Source of the DNA: Bacteriovoracaceae bacterium | GTDB lineage: Bacteria > Bdellovibrionota > Bacteriovoracia > Bacteriovoracales > Bacteriovoracaceae | Reading direction: 5' to 3' | NCBI GenBank assembly: GCA_965217035.1 | Contig: OZ244226.1 | Coordinates: forward strand, 1,532,146-1,596,145 | DNA: 64,000 nucleotides | Shown: piece by piece, positions 19,493-34,363 of the stretch | How positions within the stretch are numbered: position 1 is the stretch's first letter | How the letters are laid out: the number at the start of each line of letters is the position of its first letter | Notes under the pieces: generated by a model | Told to the model about the DNA's origin: nothing | What the model saw: the letters and a program-made list of their open reading frames with translations, nothing else | Databases searched by the model: none | Program-made: the position numbers and the translations under genes

Positions 19493-22229
19493 AATTATTA
19501 TAAAAAATGCTTATTCAAATAATCTTCAAAATCTCAGTTTAGAGATTCCTCGAAATAAGTTCATTGTTATCACTGGTCCTTCCGGATCGGGAAAATCATC
19601 ACTTGCCTTTGATACTATTTATAAAGAAGGCCAAAGAAGATTCCTAGAGTCTCTTTCGAGCTTTGGACGTTCTTATCTACAGTCTCTGGAAAAACCCAAG
19701 GTTGATTCTATAGAAGGTCTTTCACCAGCCATTGCTATCGACCAAAAATCGACTAATGCCAATCCACGCTCAACGGTTGGAACGATAACAGATATATACA
19801 CATATTTGAGATTATTATTCGTTCAAATTGCAACTCCTCATAGCCCAGATTCTGGCTTAGAAATTACTCCCCAAGATAAGAGTAAAATTCTAAAAGACAT
19901 TTTAAAACTTAAAACAGGATCAAAACTTGTTTTTCTAGCGCCTATTCTCCAAAACAAAAAAGGTGAACATAGAGATATTTTGACTCGGTATGAATCTCTG
20001 GGTTTTACCAAGATTAGAGTTAACGGAAAAATTCAATATATCGATGAGCCATTAAAAGTCGATATTAAAAAATTTAATAATATTGATCTCGTTGTCGATA
20101 GAATCGTGCTAAAAAAAGAATCTAAAGACAGAATCGAAAAATCTTTAAATTCTTGTTTAAGTATCTCTAAAGGTTCATTGATTCTTTTGGTTGGAAATGA
20201 AGAAAAGTTTTTCAGCCAAAACTATTATTGTCCAAAATCTAAAAAAAGTTATCCAGCCTTAGACGAGTCTCTCTTCTCTTTCAATTCGCCTCGGGGTTAT
20301 TGCCCTGAATGCAAGGGACTAGGCAGGGATAGGGTTATCAATGAACAATCTTTAACCTTTGATTCTGAAAACTCTCTCTTTGATGGACCCCTTAAAGAGT
20401 TTTTTTCGAAAGAAGTCGTCCTCGAAAAATATGTTAAAAAATTTTTCAAAGACAATAAAGTAAAACCAACCTCGCCTCTTAAAGATTATAAAAAAACTTT
20501 TTTAAAATCTTTAATTCATGGAAATAAAGACTTTAATGGGCTTCTCTCTTTTTTTGAAAACTATATTTCCTTTAAGCATAATAATGTTGTTGATAATAAT
20601 CTTTCTCACTTAATCACTTACGAAAACTGTTCCTCTTGTGACGGGAAAAAATTAAACAATTATGCTCTCGCAGCAACTGTAAATAATTACTCTATAAGCG
20701 ATCTCTGTGACATGGAAATTTCTGACTTTCATGTCGAAATTTTAAAAATCCAAAAAGCTTATAAAAAAAATATTGTCGCTCAAAAGCTTTTAAAAGAAAT
20801 AGTTGAAAGAACAAAGTTTTTATTAAATATTGGCCTAAACTATCTAACTCTTAATAGAAGTGCGGCGACTCTTTCAGGTGGAGAATTTCAAAGAATTCGA
20901 CTTTCAACTCAATTGGGTTCTTTTTTAAGTGGAGTTGTTTATATATTAGATGAACCTAGCATTGGTCTTCATCAAAGAGATAACGATCGTTTACTTAACT
21001 CTCTAAAAGGACTCAAAGATTTAAATAATACTGTTATCGTTGTTGAACATGATGAAGAAACAATGAAAAAGGCAGATCATATTATTGATATAGGCCCAGA
21101 GTCTGGACTTCTTGGTGGTAAGATTGTTTTTCAAGGCACTCTCAGTGCGATCAAAAAAGCTCCTGAATCTATCACTGGAAAATATCTTTCTCACAAGTTG
21201 AAAATTGAAATACCTAAAAAAAGAAGAAAACCTCAAAATTTTATTGAACTTAAAGGGGCTAAGCAAAATAACTTATCAGGAGCAGATGTCTTATTTCCTC
21301 TTGAGGTTTTTACATGTATTACAGGTGTAAGTGGTTCAGGTAAGTCGACCTTAATTCATGAAATTCTTGTTCCTGCTTTAAAACATAAAATTTTCAGACG
21401 CTATCCGAGAAGAAAAAACTTTACTTCTATAAAGAATACAAACTTACTCGATGATATTATTAGAATCGATCAAAGCCCAATAGGTAGAACGCCAAAATCA
21501 ATTCCGCTAACTTATTGTGGAATTTTTACTCATATTAGAAATATTTTTGCAAATACTAATCAAGCTAAGATTCAAGGTCTTGATGCTGGATTTTTCAGCT
21601 TCAATGTTAAGAGAGGTCAATGTGATGAATGCGAAGGTAATGGTTCTATAAAATTTGAAATGCCATTTTTAAGCAATGTTTATAATCCATGTCCTAAATG
21701 CAAAGGGAAACGTTATAGCGAAGAAGTACTTGCTATTACTTATAGAGGTTTTAATATTGATGACATTCTCAATATGAGTGTCAGAGAAGGACTTGAATTT
21801 TTTAAAAATCATAAGAAAATTCACTATACCCTTCAAACTCTCTCATCAGTTGGACTTGATTATTTAAAACTAGGCCAACCCTCTCCTACTTTATCCGGTG
21901 GTGAAGCTCAAAGAATTAAACTCTCGAGGGAGCTTTCGAAAATTAAAAAAGGAAAATGTCTCTATATTCTGGATGAACCGACTACAGGGCTCCACTTCAA
22001 TGATATTCGCTTACTGCTCGATTCACTTCAAAAAATGGTTGATCACGGCCATAGCGTTATTGTCGTTGAGCATAATCTCGATGTTATCAAAACAGCCGAC
22101 TATCTCATCGATCTCGGTCCAGAAGGTGGTCGAAATGGCGGAGAGATCGTTGGGGTCGGTAGCCCAGAGATCCTTTCTAAAAATAAAAATTCTTTAACAG
22201 CAAAATACCTTAAGACTTTGCTCAAATAA
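19482..22229 (+). CDS. uvrA: Excinuclease ABC subunit A
   Basis: Two ABC ATPase sites ([18 protein letters not shown]), LSGGE signatures, CxxC zinc fingers, LDEPSIGLH and LDEPTTGLH. Confidence 0.97.
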   Translation: MMDKIIIKNAYSNNLQNLSLEIPRNKFIVITGPSGSGKSSLAFDTIYKEGQRRFLESLSSFGRSYLQSLEKPKVDSIEGLSPAIAIDQKSTNANPRSTVGTITDIYTYLRLLFVQIATPHSPDSGLEITPQDKSKILKDILKLKTGSKLVFLAPILQNKKGEHRDILTRYESLGFTKIRVNGKIQYIDEPLKVDIKKFNNIDLVVDRIVLKKESKDRIEKSLNSCLSISKGSLILLVGNEEKFFSQNYYCPKSKKSYPALDESLFSFNSPRGYCPECKGLGRDRVINEQSLTFDSENSLFDGPLKEFFSKEVVLEKYVKKFFKDNKVKPTSPLKDYKKTFLKSLIHGNKDFNGLLSFFENYISFKHNNVVDNNLSHLITYENCSSCDGKKLNNYALAATVNNYSISDLCDMEISDFHVEILKIQKAYKKNIVAQKLLKEIVERTKFLLNIGLNYLTLNRSAATLSGGEFQRIRLSTQLGSFLSGVVYILDEPSIGLHQRDNDRLLNSLKGLKDLNNTVIVVEHDEETMKKADHIIDIGPESGLLGGKIVFQGTLSAIKKAPESITGKYLSHKLKIEIPKKRRKPQNFIELKGAKQNNLSGADVLFPLEVFTCITGVSGSGKSTLIHEILVPALKHKIFRRYPRRKNFTSIKNTNLLDDIIRIDQSPIGRTPKSIPLTYCGIFTHIRNIFANTNQAKIQGLDAGFFSFNVKRGQCDECEGNGSIKFEMPFLSNVYNPCPKCKGKRYSEEVLAITYRGFNIDDILNMSVREGLEFFKNHKKIHYTLQTLSSVGLDYLKLGQPSPTLSGGEAQRIKLSRELSKIKKGKCLYILDEPTTGLHFNDIRLLLDSLQKMVDHGHSVIVVEHNLDVIKTADYLIDLGPEGGRNGGEIVGVGSPEILSKNKNSLTAKYLKTLLK

Positions 22230-22287
22230 GCCCTTTCTAGCCAAGAAATTTTTTTAATTTTAAAATACAATATCCTCAGGAGTAATC

Positions 22288-23046
22288 ATGTTTAAAATTA
22301 TTTTTCTTAGTTTCTTTCTTTGTAGTCTTTCTTTTGCGAATAAAGGTTTAGAAATTGCCAAAAAAGTGGATAAGGCAAATTCTGGCTTTATCGGAGAAAC
22401 TTCAAATATGAAAATGATTCTTATCAATGCTCAAGGAGATAAGATTGTTCGAAAACTCATAACTAAAATCAAAGAAGTAAAAAATGATGGAGACAAATCA
22501 CTTAGTATTTTTGTTCTTCCTAAAGATGTTGAAGGAACAAAGATGCTCACATGGACTCACAAAGAGGGCGATGATGATCAATGGCTTTTTATGCCTTCAT
22601 TAAATCGAGTTAAAAGAATTCATTCGAATAATAAGACTGCCTCTTTCATGGGAAGCGAATTTTCTTATGAAGACCTTGGAAGCCAAGAGGTAGAAAAATT
22701 TAAATATAAATTCATTTCAGAAGATAAGAAGTATTGGACAATTGAAAGGACGCCTAAAGCTAAGAGAAGTGGCTATTCAAAACAGGTTCTTAAAATATCT
22801 AAGAAGTTTTTAAACTCTGTTAAAGTTGATTATTATAATAGAAGAAAAGAGCTTCTAAAAAGTTCACAAATTTCGGAATTTAAGAAGTACAAAGTAAAAG
22901 GTAAAGAATTTTATCGAGCTCAAAAGATACACATGGTAAACAAGCAGACTAAGAAGGAATCTATTCTTGAGTGGGAGAATAGAAAACTTGGTCAAAAAAT
23001 TAAAAATTCAGAGCTTAAAAAAGAAGGCCTGAATGACTCTTTTTAA
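22288..23046 (+). CDS. Outer membrane lipoprotein-sorting (LolA-like) protein
   Basis: Signal peptide; P.DV.GT.ML, DDDQWLFMPSLNRVKRI, SFMGSEFSYEDL. Confidence 0.88.
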   Translation: MFKIIFLSFFLCSLSFANKGLEIAKKVDKANSGFIGETSNMKMILINAQGDKIVRKLITKIKEVKNDGDKSLSIFVLPKDVEGTKMLTWTHKEGDDDQWLFMPSLNRVKRIHSNNKTASFMGSEFSYEDLGSQEVEKFKYKFISEDKKYWTIERTPKAKRSGYSKQVLKISKKFLNSVKVDYYNRRKELLKSSQISEFKKYKVKGKEFYRAQKIHMVNKQTKKESILEWENRKLGQKIKNSELKKEGLNDSF

Positions 23047-24277
23047 AAGAGTTTTCTTAAGTTTTTTAATTTGCTCTCAAGCCTATAGTTTTAGCAAGTT
23101 TTCACTCGATCTTGGTCTTGATTCCAGATACTTTCCTTCCACGGAAACTTCTGTCGTTGAAGACAGGAATATTACTTTCAACACTAATGTTTCTTTAAAA
23201 CTAAAAGTCCAATACTTAAAAATTCTTCTTGAATTTTATGCCCAGGCAGATCCCGTTGACACTAATAGAACTTTTGCTATCCCAAAAGATATGTGGATTG
23301 CCATTGATACAGGGACTCATATCCTAAAAGCTGGTTTTCAAGTGATCAACTGGTCAGCAACAGAAGCTTTTCATCCGGTCGATGTCCTTAACTCCCGCTT
23401 TTTCGATAGTAATTTGCAAAAACCTTCTAAAATCGGTGAACCGATTGTTAGCTATAAGTACCTCTTTGGAGATAGCAGTATACAGTTTATGTATCTCCCA
23501 TATTTCACTGACCCTATCCTTGCAACCGAAGGCTCTGCTTTTGGACCCGGTTATGATTTTGATGAAATTCAAATTTATGAAACGGGAACAACTTTTGAAG
23601 ATGATAATTTCATCCATCAAATGGCGATACAATTAAGCACAAGCATTGGAGGGACAGATCTAGCTTTTAGTTATATCAATCATGTTGATCGAGATATTCC
23701 AGCTTTTGTTTTTACTGGGACTAAGTTTATCGATAATACAACTGTTCCTATTTTCGATGCCATTTTTTTCCATAAGCAACAATTTGGTCTTACTTCACAA
23801 TCAATAATAGGCGATTGGATTTTCAAAACTGAAATGGCGTTCGTTGATTGGAAACAATCAAACTTTGATAACGCTCTTTTTACTCGTGAGGATTATTTCG
23901 CTACTGCCTTGGGCCTAGAAACTACAACAGCCATGGGAGATGGTGGAGAAGTTACCTTTATCTTTGAATACCAATCGCTCAATGGCATGGATGATATTCT
24001 TGCGACAAATGTTTTTTTTCAAAATGATCTTCTTGTCGGACTCAGATTTTCTTTTAATGATTTAAATAGCAAAGAATTGTTTCTATCAGCCATTACTGAT
24101 ATCGAGTATGGTGAACAATTCTTTGTTAATATGAATTATTCGCAGCGCTTCTTTGAAAGCTGGAGAATTGAAATGGGCCTTCATTATGTTGAGGCTGAAC
24201 AAGTTGATAACTATGCTGGACTTAATTTCATCGATTCCAGTGATCATGCCTATTTAAATCTAAAAACTTATTTTTAA
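23033..24277 (+). CDS. Putative outer membrane beta-barrel protein, usual partner of LolA-like proteins
   Basis: Signal peptide, KAGFQVINWSATE..HPVDVLN motif, amphipathic strands, C-terminal LNLKTYF beta-signal. Confidence 0.7.
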   Translation: MTLFKRVFLSFLICSQAYSFSKFSLDLGLDSRYFPSTETSVVEDRNITFNTNVSLKLKVQYLKILLEFYAQADPVDTNRTFAIPKDMWIAIDTGTHILKAGFQVINWSATEAFHPVDVLNSRFFDSNLQKPSKIGEPIVSYKYLFGDSSIQFMYLPYFTDPILATEGSAFGPGYDFDEIQIYETGTTFEDDNFIHQMAIQLSTSIGGTDLAFSYINHVDRDIPAFVFTGTKFIDNTTVPIFDAIFFHKQQFGLTSQSIIGDWIFKTEMAFVDWKQSNFDNALFTREDYFATALGLETTTAMGDGGEVTFIFEYQSLNGMDDILATNVFFQNDLLVGLRFSFNDLNSKELFLSAITDIEYGEQFFVNMNYSQRFFESWRIEMGLHYVEAEQVDNYAGLNFIDSSDHAYLNLKTYF

Positions 24278-24279
24278 AT

Positions 24280-24305
24280 AAAAAAGGAGAACCCTAAGGT
24301 TCTCC
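24280..24305 (-). terminator. Rho-independent terminator after atpE
   Basis: GGAGAACC-CTAA-GGTTCTCC hairpin with a T tract on the minus strand, between convergent genes. Confidence 0.8.
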
Positions 24306-24331
24306 CATATGTTATCTCAATGTAATTTAAA

Positions 24332-24625
24332 TTAGATTGAAAGAGCGATAACGAAAGCAAGAATTGCAACTGCCTCTAGAAGTGCAAGAGAAAGAATTAG
24401 AGGAGTTTGCATTTTTTCTGCAGAAGAAGGATTTCTAGCGATACCTTCAAGAGCAGAAGCAGCAGCTTTACCTTGACCAGTTGCTACACCAATAGCAGCA
24501 AGAGCCATACAAAGCGCTTTCGCAATAGGAGCCATAGATCCAGCAGCTGCAGTCGCAGTAGCAGCGTCTTCAGCAAAAACAGATACAGAGAATACAGAAA
24601 CAACAAGTACTAATAATTTTTTCAT
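24332..24625 (-). CDS. atpE: ATP synthase Fo subunit c
   Basis: GQGKAA..ALEGIARNP loop and LALLEA carboxylate; N-terminal signal-like extension. Confidence 0.96.
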   Translation of the reverse strand: MKKLLVLVVSVFSVSVFAEDAATATAAAGSMAPIAKALCMALAAIGVATGQGKAAASALEGIARNPSSAEKMQTPLILSLALLEAVAILAFVIALSI

Positions 24626-24663
24626 TTGATAATCTCCTTAATAGAAAAAATTATGCCTTAATT

Positions 24664-25431
24664 CTAGTGATGATCATGATCGTGAACTTCAGTAGAGAGG
24701 CCTATATAAACAACACTTAAAATCGTAAAAACAAATGCCTGCATAAAACAAACAAAGATTCCAAGAACCATTGCTGGAATCGGTAAAATATAATTTGAAA
24801 TATCAGCGAATGCCGCAAGGACCATATGGTCCCCAGAAATATTTCCTCTTAATCTCAATGCAAGAGAAAGTGGCCTAATCGAGTGAGAAACAATTTCCAA
24901 TACAAAAATCAATGGAGCCAACCACCAAATCGGACCCATGAAATGCTTAATATGCCCTCCAACACCTTGAGCCTGACAGCCTTTGATATTGTAATAAACA
25001 AACGTAAAGATACCCAAAGCAAAGGTTGTATTCATATTATCAGTCGGTGAAGAAAACCCAGGTATCAATCCAATAATATTTGAAAGAAAAATGAAGAGAA
25101 AAAGAAAACAAGCAAACTTGAAATAACGTGCAGCTCTTTCCTCATCCATAATTTGAACACAAAGATTGTACATAGCTTCGCCCATATACTCGATAACATT
25201 TCTATAAGAAATTCCTTTATCAGGAATAACGAGGGCATCATCAGACTTTCCTGCTGTCTTAAGGCGATAAACAAAACCAAGAGCAACAATAATGAAAGCA
25301 ACTAAAATAAACGTTGAAACGTGAAGTGGTAATCCAAATTCCTTATCAACGACTGAAAGGAAAGTATAACCACTACCCGCGAATGCAGATGATGATAAAA
25401 AAACTGCGCAAAGAGTTAATAACTTTTTCAA
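24664..25431 (-). CDS. atpB: ATP synthase Fo subunit a
   Basis: N.IGLIPG..SPT, RPLSLALRLRGNI.GDH (conserved Arg), QAFVFTILS.VY; TTG start with GGAG RBS. Confidence 0.96.
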   Translation of the reverse strand: MKKLLTLCAVFLSSSAFAGSGYTFLSVVDKEFGLPLHVSTFILVAFIIVALGFVYRLKTAGKSDDALVIPDKGISYRNVIEYMGEAMYNLCVQIMDEERAARYFKFACFLFLFIFLSNIIGLIPGFSSPTDNMNTTFALGIFTFVYYNIKGCQAQGVGGHIKHFMGPIWWLAPLIFVLEIVSHSIRPLSLALRLRGNISGDHMVLAAFADISNYILPIPAMVLGIFVCFMQAFVFTILSVVYIGLSTEVHDHDHH

Positions 25432-25524
25432 TTCTTTCTCCGAAAAATAAATCCATTTTTAATATGAATATTGCGTTTCGTCCAGGTTATTTAGGAAATT
25501 GAACAACAAAAATAAGGCCGAGAT

Positions 25525-25869
25525 TTAGCTATTCTTGCCCGATTTAAGCGAACTTATGAAAATCACCGTTTGTATCAAGAACACAACTATAATTGCGATA
25601 AATGACTCTTTAAATTGCTTTAAAACAAGCACAATAGCGACGAGTGAGAGGATTTTTAAACCTATTAACATCATATTTTTCTGGAGGTTTCCACCCTTGG
25701 CTGCTGACTCTACTAGACCTTTCCCAACAAAGTATAGTGAAGCCTGATTGATCAAAATTAAGGGAAAAACGACCAAAGCCAAAAGGTCTTTATTTAATAC
25801 TAAATAAACAAAAGCTCCAAAATTAAAGACTGAAAGAATTAAATATTGTTTAGTGTTGATTTTCCCCAA
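25525..25869 (-). CDS. AtpI-like four-TM membrane protein
   Basis: Four hydrophobic segments, LKIL motif in helix 3, position directly upstream of atpB. Confidence 0.6.
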   Translation of the reverse strand: MGKINTKQYLILSVFNFGAFVYLVLNKDLLALVVFPLILINQASLYFVGKGLVESAAKGGNLQKNMMLIGLKILSLVAIVLVLKQFKESFIAIIVVFLIQTVIFISSLKSGKNS

Positions 25870-25871
25870 AA

Positions 25872-26669
25872 CTACCTCTTTCTTGAAACTCTTCTTTCAT
25901 AAAGTGATTTCAACCTTTTTTCAACGACTTTCGGGTTTGGATAATCAGAAAGAATCGAAAAATAAATATTATATGCCGTTTTCAATTCCTCAAGCATTTC
26001 ATAAGCATTAGCAATTAAAAATTTAGCATTCACTATTTTTTGAGTGTCTTTTTCGAAATTTAAATATTTTTCCCATTTATCCACAGCGAGTTGCCACTCT
26101 TGTTTATAAAAGTGGATAAGTCCTTGTTGGTATTGAGCCTGCAAAAAATATGAATGTTGTGTTTGTTTCCCAATATCTTCAAATACTCTTAAGGCACGCT
26201 TATATTTTTTAGCTTTAAAGTATCCCATTCCGACTCGAAAATAATAAAAATCATTTTTCTCTAATGGCGGTTGGAAGGAATAAAGCTTTTCGTAATTTTC
26301 AATTGCTTCATCAAATTTATCTAAATGATCAAGAAAAATTTCACCCATCTTTTCATAAACCTTTACCTGCCAAACTAAGGTGGGATCATAGGTCAGAATT
26401 TTCTGATAATAAGAAAGAGAAGCTTGGTAGTCCTCTTTATAGTTTAAGTAAATCTCTGCCAATTGATAAAAAACTTTAATTTTTAAATCTTTATCAATTC
26501 TTTTATCTGTTACGGATTTATAATACCGAATAGCTTCTTCGTAGTTTTTTTCCTGAAAATATTCCTGAGCTTTTAGAATGTCTCTATGAATACTTGTCGT
26601 AAAGTCACAAGAGACAAAAAGAAAGAGGAGTAGAAAACTACTCCTCGTTATTTTCGTCTGAATCTTCAT
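25872..26669 (-). CDS. TPR-repeat lipoprotein (start reassigned to MKIQTK)
   Basis: [10 protein letters not shown] lipobox followed by TPR repeats; ATG 26669 overlaps the gyrA 3' end by 32 nt. Confidence 0.75.
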   Translation of the reverse strand: MKIQTKITRSSFLLLFLFVSCDFTTSIHRDILKAQEYFQEKNYEEAIRYYKSVTDKRIDKDLKIKVFYQLAEIYLNYKEDYQASLSYYQKILTYDPTLVWQVKVYEKMGEIFLDHLDKFDEAIENYEKLYSFQPPLEKNDFYYFRVGMGYFKAKKYKRALRVFEDIGKQTQHSYFLQAQYQQGLIHFYKQEWQLAVDKWEKYLNFEKDTQKIVNAKFLIANAYEMLEELKTAYNIYFSILSDYPNPKVVEKRLKSLYERRVSRKR

Positions 26670-29121
26670 CTGATTCGATAATTTTTTCAACAGCAACAAC
26701 ACTTTCTTCCTCATTAGGCCTAATAACTCGAACACCTTGAGTATTACGTCCCACTAGAGAAATTTCAGAGCACTTCGTTCTTATGACTTGCCCCATGTTT
26801 GTAACAATAAGAACATCGTCTTTATCTGTTACAGGCTTAACTTGTACAATTTCACCGTTTTTATCGGTAAGCTTCATGGCAATAATACCTTTCCCGCCAC
26901 GTGACTGTACTTTATAATCAGCTTCTGGAGTTCTCTTACCAAAGCCTTTTGATGTAATTGATAAGATTTCCATTCCTTCTTCAACAACGATCATACTGAT
27001 AACCGCTTCAGAAGAATCAATATTGATACCCTTAACACCTTGGCTCATTCTTCCCATTGGTCGACAATCGGCTTCTTTAAACCGGATTGCTTTTCCTGAA
27101 GAAGAACATAAAAGAATATCGTCATCTTTTTCTACAATTCGAACACTTACGATCTCATCACCATCAACAATCTTGATCGCTTTTTTACCATTTTGATTAA
27201 TTCGGATGTATTCAGAAAGTTCTGTTTTCTTAACAAGACCATTCTTCGTCGCAATAACAAGGAACTTATCTTTTGCTTCACGAGGCATAGAAATAACTTC
27301 TTTAACTTTTTGCCCAGATGGAATCTGAATTAAGTTAACAATATTTCTTCCACGTGCTGTTCTTGATGCTTCCGGAATATTATAAACTTTAAGGTTGAAG
27401 ACAATACCCTTATCAGTGAAAAACATAATTGTATCGTGAGTTTCAGCAGTGAAGATATTTGTAAAGAAATCTTCATTGGCTTCATTACCCGAACCTTTAA
27501 CACCTTTACCACCACGCTTTTGAGCTTTGTAAGTATCAAGTGCCATTCGTTTCACATAACCCTTGTGAGTTGTTGTAACGATAACTTCTTCATTCTTAAT
27601 CATGTCCTCAAGAACAATTTCATCTTCTTGCGGAATGATTTCTGTTTTCCTTTCATCACCATAGTTTTCAAGAACTTCATTAAACTCAGTCTTAATAATG
27701 TCTTTTACTTTATTTTCATCGGCTAGAATTCCTTCTAAACGAGCAATCTCAGCCATAATTTTCTTATAATCTTCAAGAATTTTATCTCTCTCAAGACCTG
27801 TAAGTCTTTGAAGACGCATATCCAAGATAGCTTGAGCTTGAATTTTAGAAAGCGAATAAGTCGAAATTAATTTTGTTCGAGCCTCATCAGGTCCAGCTGA
27901 TTTTTTAATCATTTCAACAATTGCGTCAATATTTTCAACTGCAATTTTTAAACCTTCTAAAATATGAGCTTTCTCTTTTGCTTTCCTTAATTCATAACGA
28001 GTTCTTCTAACAACGACTTCTTTTCTATGATCAATAAAACACTGAAGTTGTGTTTTAAGATCCATAACTTTCGGTTGACCATTATGGATCGATAAGAAAA
28101 TCGTACCAAAGGAAACCTGCATTTGAGTTTGTTTATAAAGTCTATTTAGAACAACAGATGCTGGTTGACCTCTTTTAACCTCGATAACAATTCGAATACC
28201 AAGTCTATTAGATTCATCTCTGATATCACTAATACCTTGGATTTCTTTGTTATTTACAAGATAAGCAATTTTTTCAATGAGCCGTGACTTATTAACCTGA
28301 TAAGGAATTTCTGTAACAATAATTCTTTCACGTTCTTGTTTTCCATAAACTTCAATTTCGGCCTTTGAACGAATTTGAATAACACCTTTACCAGTGTGGA
28401 AAGCTTTCTTAATTCCATTTGTTCCGTGAATTGCTCCACCAGTAGGAAAATCTGGTCCAGGAATAATTTCCATGAGCTCAGTCACTGAAACTTCCGGCTT
28501 ATCAATTAAAGTAATAAGGCCGTTCATAATCTCAGAAAGATTATGTGGTGGAATATTTGTTGCCATCCCAACAGCAATACCTGTTGAACCATTAATCAAA
28601 AGGTTTGGAATTTTGGTTGGAAGAACAACAGGTTCTTTTAAAGAGTCATCATAGTTTGGAGCCCAATCGATAGTATCTTTATCGATATCCTTAAGAAGCT
28701 CTTCAGCCATTTTCTGCATACGAATTTCCGTATACCTCATAGCTGCAGCATTATCACCGTCGATAGATCCAAAGTTTCCTTGTCCATCAACGATCTGATA
28801 GCGCATAGAAAAATCTTGAGCGAGACGGACAATAGAATTATAAACAGCACTATCACCATGTGGGTGATACTTACCGATAACATCCCCAACAACCCTTGCA
28901 GACTTCAAAAAAGGTCTATTGTGATAGTTATTGAGCATATGCATAGCATAGAGAATTCTTCTATGAACAGGCTTGAGTCCATCACGGACATCAGGAAGGG
29001 CACGGCCAATGATAACTGACATCGCATAATCGAGATAACAGTTTTTCATTTCATCACGAATCGCTAAGGTAGAGACACCTTTATTTGGATCGTGGCCGTC
29101 AGTTGTTGTTTCATCAGACAT
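26638..29121 (-). CDS. gyrA: DNA gyrase subunit A
   Basis: [33 protein letters not shown] catalytic Tyr, GyrA-box QKRGGKG. Confidence 0.99.
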   Translation of the reverse strand: MSDETTTDGHDPNKGVSTLAIRDEMKNCYLDYAMSVIIGRALPDVRDGLKPVHRRILYAMHMLNNYHNRPFLKSARVVGDVIGKYHPHGDSAVYNSIVRLAQDFSMRYQIVDGQGNFGSIDGDNAAAMRYTEIRMQKMAEELLKDIDKDTIDWAPNYDDSLKEPVVLPTKIPNLLINGSTGIAVGMATNIPPHNLSEIMNGLITLIDKPEVSVTELMEIIPGPDFPTGGAIHGTNGIKKAFHTGKGVIQIRSKAEIEVYGKQERERIIVTEIPYQVNKSRLIEKIAYLVNNKEIQGISDIRDESNRLGIRIVIEVKRGQPASVVLNRLYKQTQMQVSFGTIFLSIHNGQPKVMDLKTQLQCFIDHRKEVVVRRTRYELRKAKEKAHILEGLKIAVENIDAIVEMIKKSAGPDEARTKLISTYSLSKIQAQAILDMRLQRLTGLERDKILEDYKKIMAEIARLEGILADENKVKDIIKTEFNEVLENYGDERKTEIIPQEDEIVLEDMIKNEEVIVTTTHKGYVKRMALDTYKAQKRGGKGVKGSGNEANEDFFTNIFTAETHDTIMFFTDKGIVFNLKVYNIPEASRTARGRNIVNLIQIPSGQKVKEVISMPREAKDKFLVIATKNGLVKKTELSEYIRINQNGKKAIKIVDGDEIVSVRIVEKDDDILLCSSSGKAIRFKEADCRPMGRMSQGVKGINIDSSEAVISMIVVEEGMEILSITSKGFGKRTPEADYKVQSRGGKGIIAMKLTDKNGEIVQVKPVTDKDDVLIVTNMGQVIRTKCSEISLVGRNTQGVRVIRPNEEESVVAVEKIIESDEDSDENNEE

Positions 29122-29139
29122 ATATCAATTCCTTAAAAA

Positions 29140-32714
<3,575 letters not shown>

Positions 32715-32725
32715 GAAAAGATGTA

Positions 32726-33841
32726 TTAAAGCCTAAGCGGCATAATAATACCTAGGAATTCCTTATCGATATTACTTTTAATAACTACTGGGCTTAAAGA
32801 GTTATTAATTTCAAGTACGACACTTTCATCTTCTAATGAATTAAGTGTCTCAAGGATGTATCGAGCATTAATACTTACATCGATATCATCACCTTCAAAT
32901 GAGATTTCAATTTTTTCATTTGCTTGCCCTAAATTATCATTATTAGCGCTCAGCTCGAGAGAATTTGGTCTAAATGAGAATTTAATCCCATTAGTAGTTT
33001 CATTAGAGAGAATTTTAATTCTCTTAACTGCATCAGTTAAAAGCGTTCTGTTAACAGAAGCTGTAAAATTAGATTTCGCAGGAATAACAGATTGATATTT
33101 TGGATACTCTCTAGAAATTAGCCTAACAGAAACATTATAATCTTCACCTGTGCTAGCAATCATAAAAGAATCATTAATTGAAAACTTAACATCACCATCT
33201 GTTGATTCAGCAATCTTTTTTAATTCTTGAATTCCTTTTCGAGGAACAATAATTCCAGTATTTAAAAATTCTGCTTCAGGTAATGAAACACCTGTATCGA
33301 TCATTGCTAGTCTATGGCCATCAATAGCAACAGCTCTTAATTTATTTTCATAATTTTGAAAAAAGATACCGTTCAAAAATAAACGTGTTTCATCAGTCGA
33401 CATTGCATAAGATGTTTTTTGAATAATATTTAATAAAACTCCTGAATTGATACTAAATTCAATCGAATTTTCTAAACCTGTAAAAGAAATTTCGGGATAT
33501 TCCTCTGGTGATGTAATTAAAAGGGAATAATTAATATCATTACAATCTAAGTTCATAAGATTGTTTTCGGATAAAGACAGCGTCAAATTTGAACTTGGAA
33601 GCTCTCTCAAGATATCTGAAAAATTTTTAGAGTTTATACAGAATTTTCCATTATCAGATGTGGAAACATCTAATCTAACTCTTGCTGAAATATCTAAGTC
33701 CGTTGCTAGTATTTCTAACTTAGATGCTTCTAAGTTAAGCAAGCAATTTGAAAGTATTGGTCTAGAAGATCTTTTATCAATAACAGTAAGTATCTTATTG
33801 ATACTTTCTTTTAACTTTCCTGATTCAACTTCTAAATTCAT
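32726..33841 (-). CDS. dnaN: DNA polymerase III beta sliding clamp
   Basis: PILSN.LL, ATDLDI, DETRLFLNG, AIDGHRLA, YPKYQSVIP, IIMPLRL. Confidence 0.98.
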   Translation of the reverse strand: MNLEVESGKLKESINKILTVIDKRSSRPILSNCLLNLEASKLEILATDLDISARVRLDVSTSDNGKFCINSKNFSDILRELPSSNLTLSLSENNLMNLDCNDINYSLLITSPEEYPEISFTGLENSIEFSINSGVLLNIIQKTSYAMSTDETRLFLNGIFFQNYENKLRAVAIDGHRLAMIDTGVSLPEAEFLNTGIIVPRKGIQELKKIAESTDGDVKFSINDSFMIASTGEDYNVSVRLISREYPKYQSVIPAKSNFTASVNRTLLTDAVKRIKILSNETTNGIKFSFRPNSLELSANNDNLGQANEKIEISFEGDDIDVSINARYILETLNSLEDESVVLEINNSLSPVVIKSNIDKEFLGIIMPLRL

Positions 33842-33869
33842 AAAACTCGTTATTTTTTAAATATAAGCC

Positions 33870-33897
33870 ATTCTATTAATTTCTAACGACAATTCAA
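33870..33897 (-). promoter_or_regulatory. Candidate sigma70 promoter for dnaN
   Basis: TTGAAT-16 nt-TAGAAT on the minus strand, 28 nt upstream of the dnaN ATG. Confidence 0.35.
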
Positions 33898-34320
33898 TAC
33901 TTAAGAGTCTGTAATCTTATTTCTTCTTAATTACTATATATAATAAGAAATATATATTACCTGGAATAATGGGGATAACTTTAAAAAATCCAAAATTTCA
34001 ATTAGTTAGAATTCTACTTTTCAAATTCAACTGTATAACTTTTTTTTAAATGATTACTAAAGTTCGGATATCTTTTTTTGATTGTGAAATTAATTTTAAA
34101 ATTTTTAATAATTATCTAAAAACTTGTGAATAATTTCTGATACTGCAAAAAACTTAAGATTTTTTAAGAAATTGGGTTATTTAACTCACATTTTGATGTG
34201 AATTGTGGAAAAGAAAACTTGTTAATAGCTGATATACTTTTCCATACACAGTGAATATGTGGAAAACTTAAATGAGTACTCAAAATTTCTTTGTAATTTC
34301 AAACGTTTATAAATTTTAAA

Positions 34321-34348
34321 GAAAAGCCGGGAATAGAGTTATTCCCGG
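34321..34348 (-). terminator. Terminator of the rpmH-rnpA-yidC operon at the oriC edge
   Basis: CCGGGAATA-GAGT-TATTCCCGG hairpin followed by CTTTTCTTT on the minus strand. Confidence 0.8.
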
Positions 34349-34363
34349 AAAATGTGAAAAAGA

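Larger units (their letters stand above)
33842..34363. other. Chromosomal replication origin (oriC)
   Basis: Very AT-rich 520-bp intergenic region. TTWTNCACA matches at 34125-34133, 34204-34212, 34258-34266 and 34353-34361; one-mismatch boxes at 33970-33978 and 34238-34246. AT-rich DUE-like tract at about 33915-33960. In sampled lines the plus strand is C>G to the left and G>C to the right. Confidence 0.88.

Noticed and set aside
24332..24625. Possible Na+-coupled c-ring (Gln in GQG)
   Set aside because: The carboxylate is followed by Ala (LEA), not the Ser/Thr of the Na+ signature, so H+ coupling is more likely.
28840..28870. Quinolone-resistance change in gyrA
   Set aside because: HPHGDSAVY keeps the wild-type Ser83 equivalent; nothing clearly diagnostic.
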